Origin: Diplonema japonicum
Taxonomy: Eukaryota; Protista; Euglenozoa: Diplonemea
Length of the DNA stretch: 64,000 nucleotides
Assembly: GCA_964019335.1 (NCBI GenBank)
Contig: OZ025669.1
Location: 186,001 to 250,000, forward strand
Direction of reading: 5' to 3'
Below, piece after piece: positions 40,201-51,808 of this stretch (positions are counted from its first letter, which is position 1; each line of letters begins with the position of its first letter). The notes beneath the pieces are model-generated. The model saw nothing but the letters and a program-made list of their open reading frames with translations. It did no database searches and had not been told where the DNA came from. A program made the translations under genes and the position numbers.

Positions 40201-43200
40201 TCGTAGCGTCCCACAGAACCCGAGGGGTTCATGGTGCACACAACTTGCACGTTCTCGACCCTAATCCACTCGAGATCTTTGTCGTAGAAGCCATTGTACA
40301 AGATGATTTGCTGCAGGAAGGAGTGGGCCTGCACCGTGCCGTACATATCGGGCTTCGGCAGGTTAATGTCTTTCAGCAACAAAACAAGCCTCTCGCAGTC
40401 CCTGGGGCGCAGGCACGGGCCTTCTGCAGTGGAAATCCTTGTGCACATCTGCTTAAGCTTCTGCTGGACATGAATCCCCTCGGTCTGTGCAGAGCAGCTA
40501 ATCGCAGCTACCTTGACGCCTTTAGTATTCTCCAAAATGGACATCACGGACGAGCTCTTCCCGCAGCCCTCTGGCCCGACTAGCAAGAACGGGCGCACTG
40601 TTCCGCTCGTTACCCACGGTTTGAGGATGTCAAAGTTCCTCTGCACGTCAACAGTGTGCACCATGGTGCTGTTTTTCAGGTCGTCCAACGAAATGTCTTG
40701 GCTGCCTGCGTCATATTCATACTTCGCGTACTTCCCGTCAATCGTGAAGGTGTCAAGGAGGTTCCCGCGTGGTGGTCTCTCGTTCGTCAAGTCGAAGATG
40801 TTCCTCGCGTAATCCTCACGCTCCGTCACATTCAGCAGGGATCCCAGCCCTCGCACCAGACCAATCGTGAAATCAGCCTTCGTCTGCACTCCCGTGAGAT
40901 GCGACAGACCTGTCGTCACAATACCCATACGGGTCGTAACGACAGCGTGACCTTTCATGTCGAGCAGCATGTTGATAGCTTTGTAGAAGTAGTCCTCGAG
41001 CCACTGGCCCAGGCTGTGTGTTGCAGTGACGTTGTCGTCCTGCTTGGCAAGCCACGTGCTGACAGCAGACTTGGGGTCGACGTCTTCCTCGCTCAAGAAG
41101 ATCATCCCGACACGACTGACGGTGGCAGGTGAGGCGAAGCTGAGGGAGTGTGTCTCGAAGACGAAGTTCACGTTGGGCCCAAACTGGATACGCTCACCGT
41201 TGGGCATCGTGAGCAGCTTGTTATCGTCGAGCACAGAGTTCAGCGACTCCACCCACTCAGGGTCCACGTCACCGTCACACAGGATCCACGACTGCACTGT
41301 GCCATCGGTGGGCTCTTTCACAACCTTCCTGGCGGCGGCAGTCAGGACACCGTCCGTCCACTCACGGGTGTCGGTGTCCATGTTACCTAGAAGCTGCTGA
41401 CGCGGCATAGCCTTCGGGTTCATCACGTGGAGCGGAACACGGATTTTCAGCTTCTCCATTGCGTGCCTCAAAATCTGCAGCAGCGTCGACTTTCCTGACC
41501 CACTGGGCCCCACGATGACAACACCCATTCGCTGTTTCAGAGCCTCGTACAGCTGTAGTATCTTCTCAATTTGAATGTCAATGCGCTGTAGTTTCGCTTC
41601 GGTGATGGCTTCGTTGATAGCCGGCAACAGATCTTCGTACTTGATCTCCTGGATTGGGATGCCTGGAAAGACATCGCCGATTAGGGAGTTGAACAGCCGG
41701 GTGTCGTCGAAGGCCAGCTTTGACAAGGTGTTAACTCTCAGGGACTGGATCACAAGACCTTCCTCGAGTTCCTGCGTTTGAGCTGTACCATCGTCTTTGT
41801 GTTCTTTGCACCATTTAGTCACAAGGTTCCCGCAGAGGGAGAGGCATGTCTTGATGGCACGGAGACCCCAGTCGTAGTGCTGCTGCGCGGAGAGAAGCTG
41901 TTTCGATAGTTTAAAGGTGGTGACGATCTTCTTCGAGATTGGGGATGCGTGGACAAAGCCTTCGCTGAGGAGGATGGTCTCAGCAATGAGGTTCAAGTCG
42001 GGCACAGACATCGCCACGGCACGGAAGAGCTGCTTCAAGTTGTCGGGGAGCTTGGAACGTCCTCCGTAACCCTTTCCAGCCGGGTTCAATGTCACGAAGA
42101 TCCCTGCGTTGTGGTTTACATCGATCCTGCGGTTCAGAAGGTCACACTCGCTCTCCTTGTTCTTGATAGCAGCTTGGATCACCTGGATCATCTGGGAGAT
42201 GGCGGACAGCTGGTCCTCCTTCAGACGGTTAAACTCATCGAAGCACCCCCAAGCACCGCACTTCACAAGCCCCACGAAAATCCTCCCCATCGACTTGAAG
42301 TCAATGCCCTCGTCGCAGTTGAATACCAGTACCTGTCTCCCCAGCGCATTCCCGAGCGCCTTCACAGACTCGGTCTTCCCAGTACCGGCTGGCCCATAAG
42401 GGTTTCCACCATAACCCAAATGCATACCCTGGGTCAGGGTGAGGTAGCACTTGTCGGTCAAGGGAGTGTGCACAAGCTTCGGAGCGTTTCCTTGGTATTC
42501 AAACGTGTAGTCGAAGCAAGCGTCCACCATGTGCACCTTGCAGGGGTTTGTCTCTTCTTTCAGGTAGAACCTGAGCTGCTTCTGCCAGAACCAGTCGGTC
42601 TCGGACTTCACATTCTTCTCCACCAACTGGTCAACGACGTCGATGCAATGAATGAGGTCCATGATGAGCGCCTTCATCTTAAGAACGGTGACAATGTCCT
42701 CTGCAGAGGACTTGGACTTCGTGTTTGTCTGTAGCCTTGTCAGGAGCTCGGTTTTCAGATCTGCCAAACGGAACTGCTTGATTGCCAGAGCAGTCTTCTG
42801 CGTCCAGTGAATCAGCTCAGACAGACACAGAAGCTGAGACGGGAACTTGAAAAGGTCGTTCTCCTTCACGCAGTTCCACAGCATGTTCGTCATCGTATTC
42901 CTCATCTCCCTGTCTAACTGTGCCAACCACACCTCGACATCAGCGGTCACAGCAACCTCGTTCGACAGCGGCACCACTTCGCCGTCTAGAGACACCATCG
43001 CAGAGATCTTCTCCTTGTTGTCATCGAACTGCACTTTGTTGATCCCAGAAAAGAGCTTCTTCAAGTGGTTCTGGATGACACTTGGGTTCTGCGACTGCCC
43101 CAGAATCTCCAGCAAGTCGTCATCACCGATGAAGTAGAATCTCGGGAACTTGTCACGCTTCTGCTCAAGGTACTCGTTCAGGGCTTTTTGACACCTGTCA

Positions 43201-46200
43201 AGCTGCTCTAAAATGGACTTCAGGCTCGTCCCAATGTCACGCTTTGCTAGCTCGATGACACGTGGGTCGCTTTCAATGTCTCTCATGATCTCCATGAAGG
43301 TCTTGTCCACCCTGCGGAACCGAGGTTGTTCTTGCGGAAGCGCACCCCTTGCGAAGATGGGTTCAAGGTAAACCCATTTTCTTTGGATCTGCATGAGTAG
43401 GTGGAGGAACTCATCAAGTGCCACGAACTTATCCTCCCAAGAGTTAGCCTCTCCCGAGAACGCCTGGTAGTAAGGGGAGTCCTTAAGGGAACCCAGCAGC
43501 GATTGGTTGTCGCCCACATGCATCAGCAGCTCCTTCCATTCCTTGATGAGACAAATATTTCCACTCATGCAGTGCTGTGGTGTCGACAGGTTGAACTCCG
43601 CCTCGTGTGCCCAGGCACGGATCTCGGCCAACGCTTCGCGGATTTGGATCTCACCTTGTGCCCTTGCATGGAGCCCCTTGAGATCCTTTTCGTGCTGTGA
43701 AATAAACTCAGCCTTATCAAGGAAGTGCCCAAAGGTCAACTTCTCAGGGATCACCTCATGCCTGTCGATGTTAATGTATCTAAACATCTCAGCCCAATGA
43801 TCTAGTGTCATGCCGTCACCTCTGCAGAATTTGAACAGCGGCAGCGTGTTCGTCCATAAGTCCAGCTGGCCGCGGAGGTAGATCACAACGTCGTTAGTGG
43901 GCTTCTCCTTCAGCTTCTCCTTCCACTCCTTGGTGAAGTCATCGAACCTGAAGACTTTTGACCTGAAGGCGAACCAGTTCTCTTTCTTGAACTCATCGAC
44001 CTCTCCCGTGAACTTCTCGTATAGTGCCCACACCGTCGAGAGACTGGTGACATCCTCACGGACTTCTTGCAGTTTTGTCATGTTCGGCTCGTCGATCTTA
44101 AAGTACTGGCACTGCTCTACCACTTGTTGTCCTCGCTTGTCAAAGTCGTCAAGCTCCCCTTGTCTGTCTTTGATGAATTGCAGTGCGCCCCCAATGGCGA
44201 CAGGGTCCTTCAGCGACGACATGTCTTTAGGCTTTTGCTCCTTCCACAGCTCGCAGAATCCCTCAAGCTCGCTGAAGTATTTCTCGATGTCTCTGCTTAC
44301 CTCATTCCTTAGCCTGGCGATCTGCTCCTCCATTATCTGCTCGTGTGCCGTTAGTAGATCGTCGAAAGCGCCTAGCTTCGATTTCGTAGAAGTCCCGTCA
44401 ATCGTAGCGCCAGCTGCCTTTTTGTACAGGTTGCTCTTGTCATCGAACTGCTTCATGAGGCGCTGGATAGGCTCTTGCCGCTCTTTCATCTCTTGATAGG
44501 CCTTGTTTGCTTTTCCAATGTCTTCCAGTGTCGTAGGGCTCTCGTTCAACTTTGAGATGGCGTCAGACAAGAAGGTGTCAACATCTTGAAGGTGCTGCTC
44601 GGCAGCCTTCTTCAGTGAGTGGTTAAGAAGCTGCCCAAGTCTCGAAAGATGGTCTTCAATGGCAGCCTTGATGGGGACGGTTGAGATGTTGAAGCAGTCG
44701 ATTTTGATAGTGTCTTCCAAGCTTCCGATCTCCTTCCCCTTCGACTTCAGCATCTTGAAGTTCTTCTCCCAGTCACCTACGTCGATGAGCAGATCCACCC
44801 ACTGGTCGAGGTCGACTAGGCCGAGCACCACGTATTCCTTGAACTTCTTTTTTACCTTCGAGAGCCTTGCGAACAACGCTTCGGTTTTGACGAACACAGT
44901 CTCGATGCCGCTCTCGTTTCTCTCTGCCATTAGCTTGAAAATCTCGCTCTCACCCACACCCTTGAACGACATAGGGATCGCAATGAAGTCCCTGATGTTC
45001 CTGTAATAGTGCTCCCTAATCTTCTCAAACACGGGATCAAACTGGATCTGGCCTTGCTTGAAGCACAGGTTCACGTGAATCTCGGGGAGGGACTCATTCA
45101 GAGTTTCCAACCCCACAAGGTACTGGTGCTCGAGTGCCTTGTACAGCTGGTGGTCCCAGTGACGCTTCCACGCACCTGTCGCGCGGTAGCCGTTCTTTTC
45201 CAAGTCAGCAAACTTGCCCCTCATCTCTTTCAGCACCACCTTCCACTTGTCGATGTTCTTAACGAGGTCAATATCCATAAGACTCTTCACAAGCACGATG
45301 AACTCGTCGTGCACCTTGCGTAGCCTCCTATTCTCTCTTGTCAGTATCTCGGCAGCCTCCTTCAGCTTCAACGTGAACGCATCAGCCTCGTTCTTGTCTC
45401 CCCACGAGATCTGGCTCTTCGCGCCCTTTCCCTTCACAACATTCTCGAAATTCACGATCGGTTTTTCCAACAGTGTAATAGTGCTGGGGATAAGCTGCCT
45501 GTCTAGGGTGTTGTAGAAGTTCGCAACCTGCTTCAAAACTGTTGCATTTCTGTAGAAACGCAAGGCATCCTGCGCAACCTTCTGGATGGGCACAGGCACT
45601 GCATAACCGAGGGACAGGAGCTGGCGAACCTCACGTGTCAGTTCAACTAACTTTTCGCTGAAATTGACTAATAGCCTGCCGTCCTTCTTGGCGATCTCCA
45701 TGATGCGCCCTTCCATCCTGAGCGTGAGAGCGCTAGAGTTGCTTGTAACATGTCCTATGCTCTCCTGCACCTCTGTGATCCACGTGCCGAAGGTTTCTGA
45801 TTCGAACTCCTTCAGGTCGTTAAGCAGGTTGTTGCACTGCACATTAAACTGATCAAACCTCGCAAGGTCGTGGAGGAGCGTCTTTCCTGACTTCTGCACG
45901 TATTCGATTTTCCTCCGAAGCTGCCGCGCCCACACAAGGTTGTTCAGCACGACGGGCATGTTCCTCCCCGCCTGCAGCCTCTTGTCCTCCAAGTCACCTG
46001 AGCCGGTAATGTCATCTCGTCTGTACTTCGCTTCGAATTCTGACTTCAAGCCGTTGATGCTCTCGGACAGTTTCGCTAGAAGGTTGTCTCTTTCGCTTGT
46101 AAGTTCTGCCCCAATGGTAGGCCTGTTAATAATATCGCTGAACTTCATGAATCCCTGCAACAGTGCTTGTGCGTTGCTGGACACTCGGGCAAGCTCCTGG

Positions 46201-47399
46201 CGCAGTCTCCCCGCCGACCTCTGCTCGATCGGCTCCAGCCTTTGTTCGAACTGCTTGACGGCTTTCTCCCACGTCCCTTGGTTAGCAGCCTCCACGTTGA
46301 AGACGTCGATGTCGCTGAAGGACTCGAACGCACTGTCGATCTTCCTCTTCATCTCCATCAGCTCTTGTTTGCTGAGGAGCTGTGCGAGCTGTTCAAATGT
46401 GTTTCTCAGTCGCAGGATAGTCTCGAGCCGTTTGCCCACTGCTTGGATGTTCGCATCCTGATGGTGAGGACCCTGCCATTCATGCCAATCGACACTTGTG
46501 AGCGTTTTCGTGATGTGTATCCATTTTTCGCATGCAACCATCGACAGCTCAAGGCTCTGCCTGACCTGCGCATACTGTCCCTTCCAGATAGTGTCCTCTT
46601 TGGAGTCGGTCGAAGTGTTTAGCTTGCTTCGTATAAAGTCGACAAGCCGCCCACCGACAGTGCTCAGTACATAGCCTGCTTTCCGCTCAGAAACTGTCTT
46701 CCCGCGGTACCAGTCGTTGACCTTGTCTTGCACAACTTCAAGTGCGTCGGGCAGCTCTTCAAGCGGCGGCCATTCGGCAGGTACTACCTGATCGATCTCG
46801 GTGGTGTCGGTGAGGTTCATTAAGATGTTCGAGAAGTCTACTACACGGATTTGAAGGGACACAGAGTCACCATATACGGTGGATGAAATCACCTGCTTGC
46901 CAAGGATGATGAGGTCGGACCTCTTGCCAGTGACGCCATCCTTTGTGGAGAGCACATCCGGGAAGTCTACGATGAATGTAGGGCTGTTGAACTGGTGGAC
47001 GTACTCCTCGAGCAGCTTCTCAAGCACCATTCGCGTGTTGTCGTCGTCGGGGAAGGCCAGCTGTGACTCTGAAGGGAAGTGGCTGTGCATGGCCTTCTCC
47101 ATGAAGGACCTGAACGTGTCCTTCTTGTATCCAGGAGAAAAGTCTAGCTCAACCCCAGTCGTGTTCTCTCTCGTGTATACAATTTTGTTGGTCGCAGCAG
47201 ACTGCAAGTCTTTCACCATTGAAGCTACCAGCTTCTCCATCAGCTCAATCGAGCCATCGATCGTCGCACCTGCCTTGTTCCACTTGTATTCTGCCACGCC
47301 CCCCGCTTCGTCTTGCGATGCCTGCGCGTCCCTGCTTCTCAGCAAGTGTTCCGCAGCCTTCCCCAGTGCTATTATCATCCCATCTAAGCTGCCGGACAT
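34295..47399 (-). CDS. DYNC2H1: Cytoplasmic dynein-2 (IFT dynein) heavy chain; 9 introns near the 3' end
   Basis: P-loops GPAGTGKT, GPSGSGKS, GPEGCGKS and the dynein-2-type GRSGVGRR; FPRFYFIGDDDLLEILG; C-terminal AAA6 motifs. Introns 36880-36917, 36737-36771, 36635-36671, 36468-36514, 35669-35705, 35571-35604, 35421-35457, 35294-35326, 35165-35197 join the ORF pieces. Confidence 0.93.
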
Positions 47400-47444
47400 T
47401 GTTCGTATCAAGGCCCCCTCCCCACTGCGGGTTCCTGTCTTGCT

Positions 47445-47480
47445 GTTTAGAAAGTGAGAAAAAGTGCAATAGGTTAAAGT
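47445..47480 (-). promoter_or_regulatory. Probable SL trans-splice acceptor (pyrimidine tract + AG) for the dynein gene
   Basis: Minus strand reads ..tgcactttttctcactttctaaacag, ending 43 nt before ATG 47399; similar pyrimidine+AG acceptors precede BILBO1 and the CNB gene. Confidence 0.5.
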
Positions 47481-47503
47481 ATAACAACTAGCTATGAAAA
47501 TAA

Positions 47504-50500
47504 CTAAAGTGCAATCTTGAGTGATTTAAAACTCTTTACAAGTCCCGAGTACAGGAGACGGTCGTCGAGGTAGGCGGCAGGCTCTTGGTGCAGCCTGACG
47601 GCCACAATGGAGAGAACCCCCGCCACAAGTGCAGAGGCGTCAAATATGGGCGTGGTGTGTGTCACAACATTCTGGTTGAGAATGTCGGAGATGAGGTCCA
47701 GCTTCGTGTACTCTTCAACATGCCCCTTGAATACATCACGCAGTGTGGGAACGTGTCGCGCCGCCCCACTCTGTGGCCTCCTGCGGCTGAGGACAATTTC
47801 AGTGAACGCATCAGGGTTGTCACCATCATGTAAAGGCGCAGCAACGCGTGCGGGGAACATAACCTTCGGCAACGATGTCCCTTTATGGTTCACTGCATGC
47901 CGTGTACCAACCTTCCTACACGCTAGAGGCGACTTTGGACGAGGCTTGATACTTTCCAAATTAGAGTAGGTGCACACTTCCGAGTTGTACCTGTCCACTT
48001 CCTCCTCAAATGGTTGGACATGCAAGCGCGGAGCAGTTGCATACGGCACCACCATCCTAATATCAGAACCTGTGTTCTGCACGGACAAGGGCTCAGGGTA
48101 ATTCGGCGGCTTCAGTCGCAAGTAGATTCCATCAAATTCCGTGACAACTGCGTGTGCAAGGATCGGCGGGTCGCGCATCACGATTTGCACCTCGCTGCCC
48201 GGCTGGAACCGCCGGAAGGGAGCTTCTACGTAATTGTCATCTATCTCCCACAACTGGCCCTTTCCGAATACCCCTACCTGCTTCGACTTCTTGTCACTGC
48301 CACGGAAGTCTGCTATCGACAGCCTACTGTAAGTCACTGTTGGTGGCGACGCGGTCCTTCGCTCATGAGTCGACGTAGCCGAAGGCGGCCTTGACACGAG
48401 CAGAGGTCCACCTAAGGTACTCAAAGCACTTCCCATGGTCACCTTCTTTCCCGGCGATGGCAGCCGTGGTGTCAGGTGCTCAGGAAGCGCTTCATTTGTC
48501 TGGCTGTAGGCACACTTCGCAGAGGGCCGGGCACGGGGCGTGGCTAGTGTTACACTAAGCTCATTCAGTGCGATGCTTGGCTTATCAAGAGTATTCCGCC
48601 TATCAGAACAGATAACATGCAGAGGAGGAGGAGGAGGTGGTGGTGGTGGTGGTGGAGGTGGTGATGGTGACGGCTGGTCAAGAGGAACAGGAGACACAGG
48701 CTCATAGGAGCGGTCTGAAAAAGCTGATGTGTGAGAGAGTGTCCTTTGTATAAGGGCGCGATCATCCACCAAAGTAGACTTTCGGATGGCAGTGTGGACA
48801 GTGGCGCTATCGGTCCTGTCCCCTTCCCTATCCTTTGAGGCTGCCAGCAAACCGCTTATGGTCTTCTCGAGCCGCTCGATTTTATCAAGCAGTACTATTT
48901 CAGTTTTTGCAGCAGCGGCGATCTGTTCAAGCAGCTTCCGTGTTTCGGCCTTCTCGTCGAGGAGGTTGCCCACGTGGTCCATGACGTTCTTGTTCTTATC
49001 GGCAGAAATTGTATTGAGTACGTTCATTGACTCCACCAGGTTGCACATACGATCACCTGAGACCTGCACTTCGATCTTTGCCAACTGCGCTATCTTTGTG
49101 AAGTCCCCAAGCTCCCTCTTCCGTGCAGCCCTGTTGGCCTCATCCAGCCTAGCGACGATCTCCTCTGCTTCGTGAATGCTGCCAGTACTAGTCGCTTCGC
49201 TGTGCTCCTTCAAAAGCTGCTCACGCAGAGTTTTACTTTTGTTTTTTCGTATCCTTGCAGAGACCGTGTTCCGGCACTTCTGCAGAGTTATGACTGTAGA
49301 ACGCTTTCGCAAGTCATTCTCTTTTTCTTCTAATTTCTTCAATTGCAATTTGTCCTCATCGTTGGCAGAGCTGTACAACTGGTCGATAGCCGGCACGACA
49401 ATTCTATTCTTCAAACTAATGCAGTTTTGCCTCAATTGAGTAGTGCTCATTTTGGTCACTTCTTTCGCTGTGTCTTGTGGTGCAGCCTGCGTGGAGGACT
49501 GTTCTTGGTGGCTTAGCTCAACGCCCATTTTCCGTATCTCCATTGCCTGCTTTTTCAACTGTTGCGTCAACCTGGTAACCTCTAACGTTTGATAAAGTTC
49601 CTCTTGCTTGTTCCTCTGCACAAACTCATAATATGACGAAAGCATGGTTGCTTCTGCTTGCCAGTACTTCTGCACGTTAGCCTGCTTGTCGGCAGGCATG
49701 GCCTCAGTCGCCTTGTTACTCGGATTGAAGGCTTTCATGGCTGACACTTCAGATGGCAAACCACACTTCATTAGCTCAAGGCCGCCCTCACAATAAAGGG
49801 CTAAGTATCTCTTCATGAACACAATACTCAGCTCAGCTGCCTCGAGACTGTCTCTGGCCACAAGTGCGTCTTCCTTAATAGCAGCGGACTCCTTCTCCGC
49901 ATTTTTCAGTTCCTTCTCTAATTGCGCTGCACGAAGAAGGTACTTGTTCTCTGGTACAGAAAGCTCGATATCTAGTAGCTTTCTGCAGATCTCAGGTATC
50001 TTGCTGTCGACGATATGAGCCTGTCCCAGCATAAAGTAGCTCAGGAGTGCAGACGAGTATTTCCAGATGGACTCGCGGCAGTCGGCTTCCTCATCGTGGC
50101 AGCACGCCTGCCGCACGACGTCCACTGTTCCTAGCACAGTCAGCACGTCGTTGCTGAAGCTCGTTAGTGCCTTTGTTTGCTCACTTTGTGTCTGTGTAAG
50201 CTTTTGAGTTAGATCAGCAAGCTGAGACTGTGCATCGTAGGCTGCTTTCTTTTCGGCCTCTAAAGTATCGGTCATCTGGAACAACTGTGACCTGAGCTGG
50301 TGTAGTTCCTCTTCCTTTTTTACTCTGTATTCTGCCACCTTCTTGCGCTCTTCGTCTACCGCTTTCTCAAGCTGCTCTGCGGTGATCAGCAGCTTTGCTT
50401 CCTCCCTGAGTTGTGCGTTGTCGGCCACGAGACTGGACACTTCTGCCTCCAATTCTTCAGTGGCCTGCTCGGTTTTGTCAGCCATCTCCTGCATGTCAGC

Positions 50501-51733
50501 GAGTTGGTTTTCCTTCTTCAATAGGAGCTTCCTGAAGCCAGATACACACTCGTCCCTTTCCTTGAGCTCGGTGCAGATCTCGTCACGCTCGCATGAGATC
50601 TCCTCCACTGCCTTTTCGAGGGTTTTTAGCTCTCGTGTGTGGTCCATCCTCAGGGACTCCATGCATGATCTCATCTCTTGCAGTTTCTGTTGCTGTGTAG
50701 TGATGACTTCCCTGTCCTCCGAGGTCTGCTCGCGCAGCTCACGGCGGATGTCTTGCATCAGTGTCTTGATGTCAAATTCAGGCAGCCGTTCTTCGATAGG
50801 AGCACCCCAATCATCGGTAAAGCCTATCCCTGTAGTCAGCACACGCATCTCTTCCTGTACTCGCTTCACTAGTTCGTTTCTCAGGTGCAGCTCAGAGTGC
50901 AAGATGGCCTGGTTTTCCCTGTTTTTCGAGTCGATAGCCTCTATCCTTCCCAGCAGGGACATGATGTGCTTGTTCTTCTCGTCCATCATGCCAGTGACGT
51001 TGATCTCACTCTCGAACTGCATCACAGTTGAGTCTTTGCTCTCTTTGCTCTTCTCTTCTGTATCGGGGGGCAAGGTGGAGTGGTTTGGGCAGCTTATGGT
51101 AGTCTGGCACTTCTTCGGCTTGGTGACGGGTATGGTGCGCGCTATCTTATTCTGCTGGGACCTTGCGTAGTCAATGAGGTCCGCTCCGAACTTTTGTGTC
51201 TTCTTCGTGAGGTGGGCGACGTCGTAGGTGTGCTGTTCGACGATGGTGCTGCTTGTGCGTGCTTCTGTCTCCTCTTGTTGAACTTCGGCAGTGCGTCGCT
51301 CAGTGAGCTGAACTATATCCTCGTCAGAACAGAACCCCATTTTGTCCACCCAGGTCAGGATCTCCTTCTCGAGTCCCTCACGACAGCTGCCGTCGTACCT
51401 TGCTGTGAGCAGTTCGCTCACATCAGCCTTAGAACCCAACAGCTCGAAGTTTGCCGACACCACGTCATCGCTCAGCATCATCAAATACTTCTCTTGCATG
51501 AACTGCGGCTCCCTCTTCATGCTATCTATCATCTGTCCCCTTAAATCACATCGCTCGATTGATTTATCAACCATCCCCTCCACTTCCCACGTGCCCCTCA
51601 ACGCCACCTCCCGCCCTGACCCTGGGAACATCACCCCAGCATGCTTTACAAGTCTGTTGTACCGGTCGATCTCTTTGTCGCACTTGTTATCGAACTTCTT
51701 TGTGCTTGGCGACAAGAGCCATTCGTTGGGCAT
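47504..51733 (-). CDS. Large coiled-coil protein of unknown function (~1,410 aa)
   Basis: 4.2-kb ORF with E/K/Q-rich heptads, a poly-Pro tract (~48621-48660) and a small globular-looking C-terminal segment; first in-frame ATG 51733. Confidence 0.8.
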   Translation of the reverse strand: MPNEWLLSPSTKKFDNKCDKEIDRYNRLVKHAGVMFPGSGREVALRGTWEVEGMVDKSIERCDLRGQMIDSMKREPQFMQEKYLMMLSDDVVSANFELLGSKADVSELLTARYDGSCREGLEKEILTWVDKMGFCSDEDIVQLTERRTAEVQQEETEARTSSTIVEQHTYDVAHLTKKTQKFGADLIDYARSQQNKIARTIPVTKPKKCQTTISCPNHSTLPPDTEEKSKESKDSTVMQFESEINVTGMMDEKNKHIMSLLGRIEAIDSKNRENQAILHSELHLRNELVKRVQEEMRVLTTGIGFTDDWGAPIEERLPEFDIKTLMQDIRRELREQTSEDREVITTQQQKLQEMRSCMESLRMDHTRELKTLEKAVEEISCERDEICTELKERDECVSGFRKLLLKKENQLADMQEMADKTEQATEELEAEVSSLVADNAQLREEAKLLITAEQLEKAVDEERKKVAEYRVKKEEELHQLRSQLFQMTDTLEAEKKAAYDAQSQLADLTQKLTQTQSEQTKALTSFSNDVLTVLGTVDVVRQACCHDEEADCRESIWKYSSALLSYFMLGQAHIVDSKIPEICRKLLDIELSVPENKYLLRAAQLEKELKNAEKESAAIKEDALVARDSLEAAELSIVFMKRYLALYCEGGLELMKCGLPSEVSAMKAFNPSNKATEAMPADKQANVQKYWQAEATMLSSYYEFVQRNKQEELYQTLEVTRLTQQLKKQAMEIRKMGVELSHQEQSSTQAAPQDTAKEVTKMSTTQLRQNCISLKNRIVVPAIDQLYSSANDEDKLQLKKLEEKENDLRKRSTVITLQKCRNTVSARIRKNKSKTLREQLLKEHSEATSTGSIHEAEEIVARLDEANRAARKRELGDFTKIAQLAKIEVQVSGDRMCNLVESMNVLNTISADKNKNVMDHVGNLLDEKAETRKLLEQIAAAAKTEIVLLDKIERLEKTISGLLAASKDREGDRTDSATVHTAIRKSTLVDDRALIQRTLSHTSAFSDRSYEPVSPVPLDQPSPSPPPPPPPPPPPPPLHVICSDRRNTLDKPSIALNELSVTLATPRARPSAKCAYSQTNEALPEHLTPRLPSPGKKVTMGSALSTLGGPLLVSRPPSATSTHERRTASPPTVTYSRLSIADFRGSDKKSKQVGVFGKGQLWEIDDNYVEAPFRRFQPGSEVQIVMRDPPILAHAVVTEFDGIYLRLKPPNYPEPLSVQNTGSDIRMVVPYATAPRLHVQPFEEEVDRYNSEVCTYSNLESIKPRPKSPLACRKVGTRHAVNHKGTSLPKVMFPARVAAPLHDGDNPDAFTEIVLSRRRPQSGAARHVPTLRDVFKGHVEEYTKLDLISDILNQNVVTHTTPIFDASALVAGVLSIVAVRLHQEPAAYLDDRLLYSGLVKSFKSLKIAL

Positions 51734-51808
51734 GCCCCCCTCTGTGTGGTGTTGGTTTGTCTCATTTTTTACCCACAATAATAAATCCAGAAATCCGGAA
51801 GCGGGCGG

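Noticed and set aside
44395-47275. Peptide AGATIDG occurring twice in dynein
   Set aside because: Seven residues with different codons and unrelated flanks; likely chance.
7061-47399. Functional flagellar 'operon' (DHHC, BILBO1, CNB array, SHIPPO, calpain, dynein-2)
   Set aside because: Interspersed with unrelated metabolic genes; euglenozoan polycistrons are generally not functionally grouped and flagellar genes are numerous.
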